Assembly (NCBI GenBank): GCA_963720465.1
Contig: OY970393.1
Location: 514,893-578,892, forward strand
Direction of reading: 5' to 3'
Length of the DNA stretch: 64,000 bases
DNA from: Methanobacteriota archaeon
GTDB taxonomy: Archaea > Halobacteriota > Bog-38 > Methanoflorentales > Methanoflorentaceae
Shown here piece after piece: positions 56,301 to 64,000 of this stretch. A model generated the notes under the pieces. The model made no database searches, had not been told where the DNA came from, and saw only the letters and a program-made list of their open reading frames with translations. Each line of letters opens with the position of its first letter. The stretch's first letter is position 1. The translations under genes were made by a program, and so were the position numbers.

Positions 56301-57156
56301 ACGGATAGACAATATAACGCTGTTCAATCGTGCGCTGTTCTTGCAGGCCTATCAAGACTCAACAAGCTGAAATAATAAAGAAAAATGTCAATTGCTGCTG
56401 ACGTTTGCCGCACGGTTAGAGCCTGTTGGCTATGGATTTGTAGTACTTTCAAGAACGCAAGCCAACACCCACCTCAAGACGGCACCGACCTGCTGTTGCA
56501 CAGAAAGTAAGCGTTAGTCAAACGTAGCAGTAAGGTTTTATCGCGGTTATCTTAGTGGTTATGTACGCCACCTTGAACGCCTCCGTCTATTTTCTGCAGA
56601 TGACTGGCGTTGGATTTAAAGAACGTTGAGCACTGGCTGACGCACTGGCTGTGTCCCCAAATACACATCCTCGGGTCAGGTCATCTGAATCTTGATGAGA
56701 AAGGCCACGTGATTCAGGTCGTACAGCCGAATCGCTGATTCCAGTACATACGCAGTAGCCTGAAGTGCGTCAGAACTTCCACGACAATGTGATTCTGGCA
56801 GAAAAAGGGATTGAACCACGCTGTGAAGGCGAGCTCTCCAAGCATCGTCTAACGAAATTTCGGCGTCGGCTGCCCGCAATCCTGCGCACGGAGTTCCATC
56901 CATAATATCGCTTCAGGCGATGCGCACACGCGCACACGTTTATAGGGATCGGGAAAGGCTTGATTACTTGTACTTGTTATCGTTTTCGTCAAGGCGGTGC
57001 GACCGAGAAATGCCGCGCAAGCTTTCGTTGGCTGCTTTCTCCAGCTCGTTCTGGCTCTATTCACCGCAGGCACGCCCTGAGAAAACCCGTAGTGCTTTCA
57101 GTCATAAACAGCTAATGACACGCACAAAAAGAGAGATGCGCAGGAAGCCCGGTGGC

Positions 57157-58380
57157 CTACTTTGCGCGGTATCGCTTGCCCAGCAGCACGAAGGCAGCAA
57201 TTACGAACCCTGCTACGGCATACAGTGTTTCAAATCCCGGAACTCCTGTTCCCGTGCTTTGGGTGCCAGAAGTCGTTGTGGCACTCTGATTCTGACCGCT
57301 TGGCTGCGCCGAAGCTGGTGCAGAAGTAACGGCGCTGGCAGGAACGACGGTCCCGTAGCTCGCAACTGGCTGTACCAATGGGTACTTGTCGCCGTAGGCT
57401 GACGGCGTGCTTCCGATTCCCGTGCCGTTGGAGGCGGTGCCGTTGTAGTCCGAGTAGTAATTGCCCATATACCCCGTCTGGGCTGTACCGTTGTAGGTGT
57501 ACGCCATTGGTTGTGGGGAATCGAGCCTCACGGAAGAAGATGAGACAACTAGAGCGGACGGTTGGTCAATGAAGTTATTGAGGTATATCGAGTGGTTAGT
57601 CGCGTCGATGAGACGTATGCCCATCTGAACGTTCGCGCGCAGCGTGTTGAAGGTAAATGTGTTGTTGTCCGACTCCCGAAATCTGACGCCGTACCAATCG
57701 TTTTGGCTGATATTGTTCCCTGTAATAATGTTGCTTGACGAATAAAACAGCGAAATGCCAAAAACGTGGTTCGCGCTCAGGTTGTTGTCACTGACCGTGT
57801 TTGAGCCGCTGTAGTACATGTAGATGCCGTCACTGTATGATGCGTTCCCACCGCCGCCTGTCTCACCAGTTGCCACGTTGTTCGCGATCGTGTTGGAGGT
57901 GGCATAGTCACAATAGACACCATACCCGTTGTTGGCTAGATTGTTATGGCTCACGTCGCTGTTCGTCGCGTTGGCAAGATATACCGCGAAGACGTTGCCG
58001 TGCGCGGTAATGTTAGTTATGACGCAGGAAGCAACACCGGCAACCTGTACACCAGATTCGCCGCCTATTATGGTCAGGCCGTCAATGTGCACACCTGGAC
58101 TCGTTAGCAAGAACACATCTTTGCTCGAATCGGCTGCTTTTACTGTCGCGTTTCCTGTTATCGTCAGGGGTTTGTTCACCACGACGTTTTGCGTGTACGT
58201 GCCCGGTGCGATGAGCACCGTGTCGCCCGGTTTCGCAGCATCCACCGCTTGCTGAATGGTTTTAAACTGCCCTCCGGCACCGACAGTCAGATTTGCTGCG
58301 CTCACCGGGACCGTCACAGCAGCGCACAAAATCAGCGTGATCGCAGCGAACAAGAAAGTGTTAGAGACCAATTTGTGCAT
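57157..58380 (-). CDS. secreted parallel beta-helix (NosD/pectate-lyase-like repeat) surface protein with PGF-CTERM sorting signal
   Basis: 407 aa. Signal peptide, TIQQAVDAAKPGDTVLIAPGTY, repeated N-rich beta-helix rungs and a Thr/Ser-rich linker. The C-terminus is GVPGFETLYAVAGFVIAAFVLLGKRYRAK (PGF motif, TM helix, basic tail). Confidence 0.75.
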   Translation of the reverse strand: MHKLVSNTFLFAAITLILCAAVTVPVSAANLTVGAGGQFKTIQQAVDAAKPGDTVLIAPGTYTQNVVVNKPLTITGNATVKAADSSKDVFLLTSPGVHIDGLTIIGGESGVQVAGVASCVITNITAHGNVFAVYLANATNSDVSHNNLANNGYGVYCDYATSNTIANNVATGETGGGGNASYSDGIYMYYSGSNTVSDNNLSANHVFGISLFYSSSNIITGNNISQNDWYGVRFRESDNNTFTFNTLRANVQMGIRLIDATNHSIYLNNFIDQPSALVVSSSSVRLDSPQPMAYTYNGTAQTGYMGNYYSDYNGTASNGTGIGSTPSAYGDKYPLVQPVASYGTVVPASAVTSAPASAQPSGQNQSATTTSGTQSTGTGVPGFETLYAVAGFVIAAFVLLGKRYRAK

Positions 58381-58747
58381 GTCTAGAGCTCACCAGGCCA
58401 AAAACTAAGCTTGAAGTCTTATGCTATCCACGCGACACTGGATATAAAGTTGACGTGTGAGTGGCCTGCTGATGATGCGTTGTTTTGCGGAATGGTCGGC
58501 TAAGCTACGCATGCAACACGGAACAGCCATACTTCTTCGAGGGCCTGCTCAATCTGGCCTATATCAGTCTGGAGATAGATTGCAAAGGTACGTCTGCCAG
58601 ACAGGCAACTATCTCGTGGCAAGAACGTGCTGAAATTGAAAGAAAAAAGAAGAAGTTCTTATGAGGCCTCATGGATAATCCGTTTAAAACATTCCTCGAT
58701 AGCTGCCCATATGTCCCTGGCGCATGCGCCTCCGTTCCCGCGCACCT

Positions 58748-59077
58748 CTACGGCGCTGCGACACTGATCGAATCCACTGGAGTTTTCAAAATGGTGTAGC
58801 GCTTTCCTGCAAGTCCTGTAGTCAGGGCTCGCGCGATAGTTTCAGCAAGATCATCATCTACGACCGTATTAACCTGTATAGCCCTCTCGGTATGGTCCCG
58901 TATCGCCTCAATGGCCATTTCAGGCTCCTCTCTGATGACAAAACCTTTCCAATTCTGCGGTGAAACACCCCAGTACTCGAGACAATAAAACCCCGTCACG
59001 CCCTGTTCGGATAGGATGTTAACCGTCCTTCCTAGAGTCTCATAGTCTACAAAAACGTTCAGAAGCACCTTAGCCAT
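58748..59077 (-). CDS. hypothetical protein
   Basis: Start taken at the internal ATG (MAKVLLNVFVDYETLG...), preceded by GGAGGAGAGTGAGGG. ~109 aa with alpha/beta alternation. No family verified. Confidence 0.4.
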   Translation of the reverse strand: MAKVLLNVFVDYETLGRTVNILSEQGVTGFYCLEYWGVSPQNWKGFVIREEPEMAIEAIRDHTERAIQVNTVVDDDLAETIARALTTGLAGKRYTILKTPVDSISVAAP

Positions 59078-59126
59078 TCCCTCACTCTCCTCCCAATGTG
59101 CGGTCAATACCTTATACGTGCTTATG

Positions 59127-59450
59127 CTATATTTCTTCTGCTCGCCTAAGAAAGGCGTCGGTATCAAATTCATTATTACGACGGGGCACGTCTACGGCCG
59201 TCGAGGAACGTGGCTTAAGCATGACACCTTTCCATTTTATCACGCCCTGTTTATCACTAACAGGCTTGAACCCTGCTTTTCTGCAGTGCTGATAAAAACT
59301 CTGTAAGCACAGAGTTCGGCGCATACGTTTCAGATGCGTCCATTCGCAGTACGTTTGCCAGAGCTCCTTATGCAATGCTTCCGCATCAGTGTCTACGATG
59401 CAGTTATCGCGAAGGAAACGGACGACGTGTGGATTATCTTTTCTAACCAT
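59127..59450 (-). pseudogene. fragment resembling the C-terminal domain of a phage/plasmid P4-type primase-helicase
   Basis: VVRFLRDNCIVDTDAEALHKELWQTYCEWTHLKRMRRTLCLQSFYQHCRKAGFKP...IKWKGVMLK follows the pattern FL.e.C......v....LY..Y..W........s...F...L...G.......r..Gi.L. No primase or helicase core is present. Confidence 0.4.
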
Positions 59451-59783
59451 GTATTCGAGTATTATTTGCTTGCGACCGTCACGACAGCTCCGAAACTTAA
59501 ATCACTGTCATCCTCTTCGTTCTTGCGCAATTTGTTGATCCGCTCTGTGGCTTGCCTTCGCACAACGTTGTTGCGTGAGTTTGATCCAACAGCCCTATAA
59601 GAACAGATCTCCCACCGAAGCGATATAAATCTTACCCCGAGAAAATGAGGCTGCGAACAAATCAGGTTAAGAAGACCTATCAACATGAAAAAATAATATA
59701 TGAACAGAAGACGGTACAACAGAAAAGAGCGCCGGAATTGAAGTCACTCCCGTGAAAATTCAACGCCGGCCTAACGAGAACCA

Positions 59784-60176
59784 ATGATGCTTACTCAAAA
59801 AGACGCTGAAGCGACATTGCGCGGTGTCAAAAAATTGCTAGACGAGAGCAACGAAATCGTGGATGAGATAAGAACCCTGAAAAGCGACAGGGCTCAACTG
59901 CAACCGCTTTGTGGTTCGCTGCGAAGAAGGTTAATCCGCTGCGGAAAACAAAACTGCCGGTGCAGGAAAGGTCAGTTGCACGGCCCGTACCACTATTTTG
60001 TGCCATCAAAATGTCGCGGAAAATGGCAATACGTTAATGAGGAAGAGCTTGAGAGAGTTGAACAAGGAGTCGCGGATTGGAAAAAACAGCGCAAAATTGA
60101 CGCGGATATACAGGCCTTGTCTGCTCGCCTCAAAGAGATACGGCACGAAATTGCAACGCTCGTTCCGAGCGAGTGA
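59784..60176 (+). CDS. small Cys-motif protein of the RCGKxNCRCxxGxxHGPY type (DUF6788-like)
   Basis: 130 aa with LIRCGKQNCRCRKGQLHGPYHYFV followed by a coiled coil. To my knowledge this motif family typically rides on integrated elements. Confidence 0.5.
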   Translation: MMLTQKDAEATLRGVKKLLDESNEIVDEIRTLKSDRAQLQPLCGSLRRRLIRCGKQNCRCRKGQLHGPYHYFVPSKCRGKWQYVNEEELERVEQGVADWKKQRKIDADIQALSARLKEIRHEIATLVPSE

Positions 60177-60363
60177 ACTGGCAGAAGATAAACCACGCAC
60201 GCGTGCCCAACGCCCTACACCAACTCGAAACGGCAATAAACAATCGACCGCGCGACAATGGTGGTCTGCATCTCAGCAATTCGGCGTTCAGGTTGCGTTA
60301 AGCTGTGACATAAATAGTTCTTGTATCGGCAAAAGTTAAATACGTGAAAATCGGAGTAAGATT

Positions 60364-60633
60364 ATGGATCGCGAAGTCGTCGTCTCCGTCAGTGTGCGAG
60401 CAGTCGGTTATAATGCCGAAACATCTACGCTCGAAATAGAGTTTTGTGATTCGAGTGTCTATCAATATTCAGGGGTCCCTGAAGAAGTCTTTATAGGGTT
60501 TCTAGATTCTATGGGCTTGAATCTCGAAAAGACCGACCTGAAATACTTCAGCGAACACATAAAAGGACAATACCAGCAGAAGACGGTGCGAAGACCGCGG
60601 TTGAACCTTTTTAAGGGCGTTCTAGATACTTAG
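60364..60633 (+). CDS. KTSC-domain protein
   Basis: 89 aa. VRAVGYNAETSTLEIEFCDSSVYQYSGVPEEVFIGFL is the KTSC pattern (i..vgYd....LeieF..g.vY.Y.gVp..vy..l). Confidence 0.55.
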   Translation: MDREVVVSVSVRAVGYNAETSTLEIEFCDSSVYQYSGVPEEVFIGFLDSMGLNLEKTDLKYFSEHIKGQYQQKTVRRPRLNLFKGVLDT

Positions 60634-60788
60634 TCGGCAGATCTCAGCTTCGGTCACGAAAAGCTCCAACGCGGAGATACAAACTACACTAAAGCTTAAT
60701 GGAAAGCCCTAGATCATATCGATTGAAACGGAAATCTGGCAAATTAACTAAATGCGTTCTGCCGAATGAAACCAACACAGGACCGACT

Positions 60789-62003
60789 TCACGAAGCACT
60801 AAGCTGAGACGCCTTGATAGCATCTTCAAAACTATAGCCAGAATCAGCAACCAATTTGACGTCGATTCCATATCCCTTCAGCCACTGCACGGCACCCTCT
60901 CCAGCGTTGCCAGTAATGACGATATCAACCCCGTGTTCGTGCATGAAATCGGCCACTCTGGCACCTTTTTTTCGCGCGAGTGCTTTGTACTGATTCACAA
61001 ACGTACCGATAAGATCAATGTGATTCTCTTGCAAACGTGCAATAACAAAATACTCGCACTTTCCTAGGTCATCGGCGAATGCCGCTCTCAGACCGCTACC
61101 AGCCGAACTCACTGCAGCGGTTAAGAGATCCTCATCTGTGCTCGCCGTGATGTTCACTTGATAGACTTCTGGAACTTCTGAAAAAACGCCTGCTTTGATT
61201 CTCTCCTGTATTGTTGAGAGCTCTCTGACGGCTAACCCCCCACTCACTGTAATGGACACGTCAACGATTTTATAACTCCAACTGCCCCTCGTATGCACGT
61301 AGTTTATTTTTTTGACTTCAGGCACGCTCTCTATCGTTTTTCGAATACCGTTGATGAGTTCTGGAGCAGCTTGCCTGTCCATAAGCGTGTCAATCGATAC
61401 CTTTGCGACGCGCGCGCCAATGCGTATAACGAGAACGGAAATCAACATGCCCGCGATCGCATCCATATACCAGTAGCCAAGACCGGTTAAAACGAGAGCG
61501 ACAACAACCGCAAGCGATGACACAGCATCACTTATTGAATGTTTCGACTGTGCTACGAGGGCGCTCGATTTGATTCTCATCCCGATGCGCTTTAAATATC
61601 GCGACAAGAACCACGCCGCAGCCGTCGATACGGCAGCTACGATAATGCCAATCTGGAGTTCGGTTGCTGCATGTTTAGCGTACAACGCTGTCACCGAATC
61701 GTAGATTATAAACAGTCCCGTTAATATGACGATGAACGCTACCACGAGCTCCGTGATCGGCTCTGCTTTTGAATAACCATACGGATGCTCGACATCTGCA
61801 GGGCGACGTGACACGCGCAATCCTATGAAAACCACGGCAGCCCCAAATATGTCCGCTAATGAGTGTACTCCATCTGCAATCAAGGCAACACTGCCGAATA
61901 ACACCCCGACCGTCAGCTTACTTACCGTCAGGACAACATTCACAAAGATAGCGGTAATGCTTACCGCCACATAGTCAACACCGGAACGGGCGGGTGGCTT
62001 CAT
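60789..62003 (-). CDS. cation diffusion facilitator (CDF) transporter fused to a C-terminal NifX/NifB-like (dinitrogenase Fe-Mo cofactor family) domain
   Basis: 404 aa. It has six TM helices with the HSLADIFG and ISDAVSS metal-site motifs and a ZT-dimer-like cytoplasmic domain. These are followed by ~100 aa: LRAAFADDLGKCEYFVIARLQ...HGVDIVITGNAGEGAVQWLKGYGIDV. Confidence 0.65.
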   Translation of the reverse strand: MKPPARSGVDYVAVSITAIFVNVVLTVSKLTVGVLFGSVALIADGVHSLADIFGAAVVFIGLRVSRRPADVEHPYGYSKAEPITELVVAFIVILTGLFIIYDSVTALYAKHAATELQIGIIVAAVSTAAAWFLSRYLKRIGMRIKSSALVAQSKHSISDAVSSLAVVVALVLTGLGYWYMDAIAGMLISVLVIRIGARVAKVSIDTLMDRQAAPELINGIRKTIESVPEVKKINYVHTRGSWSYKIVDVSITVSGGLAVRELSTIQERIKAGVFSEVPEVYQVNITASTDEDLLTAAVSSAGSGLRAAFADDLGKCEYFVIARLQENHIDLIGTFVNQYKALARKKGARVADFMHEHGVDIVITGNAGEGAVQWLKGYGIDVKLVADSGYSFEDAIKASQLSAS

Positions 62004-62018
62004 GTTACCGACAAGAAT

Positions 62019-62939
62019 TCAACGCAAGCGTAATCCCGCTTTTTTAGCGAATCGGCCCCAGAGTGCTTTAATCTCGCGTGATGCCGGACTGTCTGTGTAC
62101 CGAACGACGGGCGTTTGATCCACGATAGCGCGCACGACAGTCGGGTCATAGGGGACCATTCCCACGATTTCGATGTCTTTTGCTTGACAGAATTCCTTAA
62201 TGTGATGCGCGTTTCCTTCGTGTAAGTCACATCGATTGATGCACGCGAACGTGGGCACGTTGAAGTGGTTGCAAACCGACAGCACCCGTTCTAGGTCGTG
62301 TATTGCTGAGAGAGTGGGTTCCGTTACAATGAGGGCAGCCGTTACCCCGGTGAGCGATGCGATAACGGGACAGCCTATGCCGGGAGGTCCGTCTATGACG
62401 ATACATTGATGATCGTTTTCACGTGCGATCTGCTCAGCTATCTGTCGCACGAAAGTGACGAGTTTGCCCGAATTGGCTTCACCCGGTTCAAGTCGTGCAT
62501 GGATCAAAGGCCCGTACGGCGTGTCTGAGACGAACAGATTGCCAGATAGAACCTCCTCCATTGTTATCGCTCCCTGTGGACATACGAACGAGCAGACGCG
62601 ACACCCCTCGCACAAAATGCGGTCGATGCTGCACTCCCTTATTGCGTCGAAGTGGCACGTGTCCTCGCAGGCACCACATTGAATGCATTTCGTAGCATCA
62701 ATGCACGCCACTTGGGATGCTCTGAACTCTCGTGACGTTTTGACCTGACCGTCCACGATGAGGCTTAAGTTGGCCGCATCTACGTCGCAATCAGCAAGAA
62801 CCGCATTTTTTGCTAACGCAGCAAATGACCCGACTATCGATGTCTTTCCTGTGCCACCTTTCCCGCTCACAACGGTCAACGTCTTCAAGTCTGGGCCTTC
62901 CTTCTCGTAACCGTGCAGCTGCTTAAGTTGTGCGTTCAT
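62019..62939 (-). CDS. MinD/ParA-type P-loop ATPase with inserted 2x[4Fe-4S] ferredoxin domain (COG1149-like)
   Basis: VVSGKGGTGKTS Walker A, CIQCGACEDTCHFDAI and CEGCRVCSFVCPQGAI. ATG at 62939 forms ATGA with the upstream stop; the track start is 62969. Confidence 0.75.
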   Translation of the reverse strand: MNAQLKQLHGYEKEGPDLKTLTVVSGKGGTGKTSIVGSFAALAKNAVLADCDVDAANLSLIVDGQVKTSREFRASQVACIDATKCIQCGACEDTCHFDAIRECSIDRILCEGCRVCSFVCPQGAITMEEVLSGNLFVSDTPYGPLIHARLEPGEANSGKLVTFVRQIAEQIARENDHQCIVIDGPPGIGCPVIASLTGVTAALIVTEPTLSAIHDLERVLSVCNHFNVPTFACINRCDLHEGNAHHIKEFCQAKDIEIVGMVPYDPTVVRAIVDQTPVVRYTDSPASREIKALWGRFAKKAGLRLR

Positions 62940-63781
62940 TCTCGCGCGAGCATTTTTATGTTCTGGCAAAGCTGAGAGAATATCTCTCGATATTCAGGAA
63001 GCGCGTCGATTGCCGGTACGCCTTGCGCGTAGTTGATCGCGAGCTCTCGGTCGTACGGCAGCCGCAGTAGTATCGGCAGTCCTTCTCTCTCGCAGTACGC
63101 TTCGACCTTGTCGTCGCCGATATCTGCCTGATTAATGATTACGCCAGCTGGAAGCTCGAGCTTCGAAACGAGCCCCACAACAAGGGTCAGATCGTGTAGC
63201 CCGAAAGGAGTGGGCTCTGTCACAAGCAGACACACATCACTTCTCTTTATGGCGTCTACGACAGGACACGAAGTTCCAGGTGGTGCGTCAATTATGACGA
63301 TTGAATCGCGATTCACTTTGCGCTTCAGTGCCCGGATAATAGGCGGTGACAATGCCTCCCCAGGAGTTAAGCTTCCCTGGAAGAACGCAATATTTCCCGC
63401 GTTTCCTGACTCGAGAAGTCCAATTTTGTGCTCTTTTTTGCCAATAGCGTTTTGGGGGCAAAAAAGGGCGCACCCACCACAATCGTGGCAAAGTTCAGGA
63501 AATATGAGCACACGATCTTTCGTGACCGCGAGCGCGTGAAAAGCACACACTTCAGCGCATTTCCCGCAAAACGTGCAGCGGGTGCCGTTGACGGTGGGAC
63601 ATACCGCGGTTACGGGCTCGGAATGAGTGAACTGAGGCTTCAGGAACAAGTAGGCGTTGGGTGCTTCCACGTCGCAATCAAAAAACTGGACGTTATATTT
63701 GTGTTCCAGTGCAAGCGCCAAGTTAACGGCTATGGTTGTTTTGCCTGTGCCACCCTTACCACTTGCGACCGCAATGATCAT
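62936..63781 (-). CDS. MinD/ParA-type P-loop ATPase with inserted 2x[4Fe-4S] ferredoxin domain (COG1149-like), second paralogue
   Basis: 281 aa. VASGKGGTGKTT, CTFCGKCAEVCAFHAL and CHDCGGCALFCPQNAI. Confidence 0.75.
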   Translation of the reverse strand: MIIAVASGKGGTGKTTIAVNLALALEHKYNVQFFDCDVEAPNAYLFLKPQFTHSEPVTAVCPTVNGTRCTFCGKCAEVCAFHALAVTKDRVLIFPELCHDCGGCALFCPQNAIGKKEHKIGLLESGNAGNIAFFQGSLTPGEALSPPIIRALKRKVNRDSIVIIDAPPGTSCPVVDAIKRSDVCLLVTEPTPFGLHDLTLVVGLVSKLELPAGVIINQADIGDDKVEAYCEREGLPILLRLPYDRELAINYAQGVPAIDALPEYREIFSQLCQNIKMLARE

Positions 63782-63811
63782 GGCCTCGTGCGAGTCTAGG
63801 AAGTTCCTGTT

Positions 63812-64000
63812 TCACTCGTCAGCGCAGCCCTCATGGCGGAAATCTCCGTGCTCGCACGTGCTCACGCCTTCTTGCAGCGCTCCTTCGACGTACTGCTCAG
63901 CGACCTGTTCCGTGGGTCCCGCTATACCAAGTATGGCGTTGATACCTGCCTCGGCAAAGAGCTTTTGCGCCTTTACTCCCATGCCGCCGGCGATGATTAC
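63812..64000 (-). CDS. NifX/NifB-like (dinitrogenase Fe-Mo cofactor family) small protein, C-terminal part; the 5' end lies outside the window
   Basis: Own translation of the reverse strand: VIIAGGMGVKAQKLFAEAGINAILGIAGPTEQVAEQYVEGALQEGVSTCEHGDFRHEGCADE*, stop at 63812..63814. The pattern v.vvi.ggiG..a...l...GI is typical of this family. Confidence 0.55.
   Translation of the reverse strand, partial: VIIAGGMGVKAQKLFAEAGINAILGIAGPTEQVAEQYVEGALQEGVSTCEHGDFRHEGCADE

Noticed and set aside
55719-56355. Track ORFs 55719..56144, 55958..56308, 56060..56278 and 56173..56355
   Set aside because: Their protein-like parts are explained by the padR and ABC ATPase relic fragments. The remainder has no motif support. 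The first ~70 codons of 55719..56144 remain unexplained and could hide a small gene.

Overview
Archaeal chromosome segment, probably from an Mcr-containing euryarchaeon (methanogen or methanotroph). This is inferred from a complete mtrEDCBAFGH operon, a ycaO-tfuA pair, cofH, Alba, a SAMP-like beta-grasp protein and a PGF-CTERM surface protein. All family calls rest on reading motifs in the supplied translations and in my own translations; no database search was possible.

Layout:
- 1-24 kb is core genome. It holds trpB2-like, valS, pyrK-like, alba, nfo-like, an intron-bearing tRNA, the ycaO-tfuA cluster, the mtr operon and cofH.
- 24-64 kb is a mosaic accessory region. It contains an arsenic/copper resistance island (arsC, AbrB-like, arsM, acr3, ABC exporter, padR, Cys/His-rich protein, copA, YHS mini-ORF). 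It also contains virus/plasmid relics, two convergent radical SAM genes, a decayed second copy of parts of the metal island, a visibly lower-G+C insert (MBL fold, Rossmann-like protein, TrmO, radical SAM), and a CDF-NifX fusion next to two ferredoxin-domain MinD-type ATPases.

Most notable observations:
1. A ~2-kb tandem duplication gives two mtrH genes, with reciprocal decay of the co-duplicated cyclase gene and mtrG fragment.
2. A 136-nt class II tRNA has insertions at apparently non-canonical positions.
3. Many frame disruptions are confined to accessory genes, while the long core genes are intact.
4. A TRAM-less methylthiotransferase-like radical SAM gene, a SPASM radical SAM gene and an unannotated RHH mini-ORF sit together in a mobile-element context.
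5. A translationally coupled radical SAM(wHTH)-TrmO pair lies inside the low-G+C insert.

Most remaining track ORFs are antisense or alternate-frame shadows of the genes listed below.
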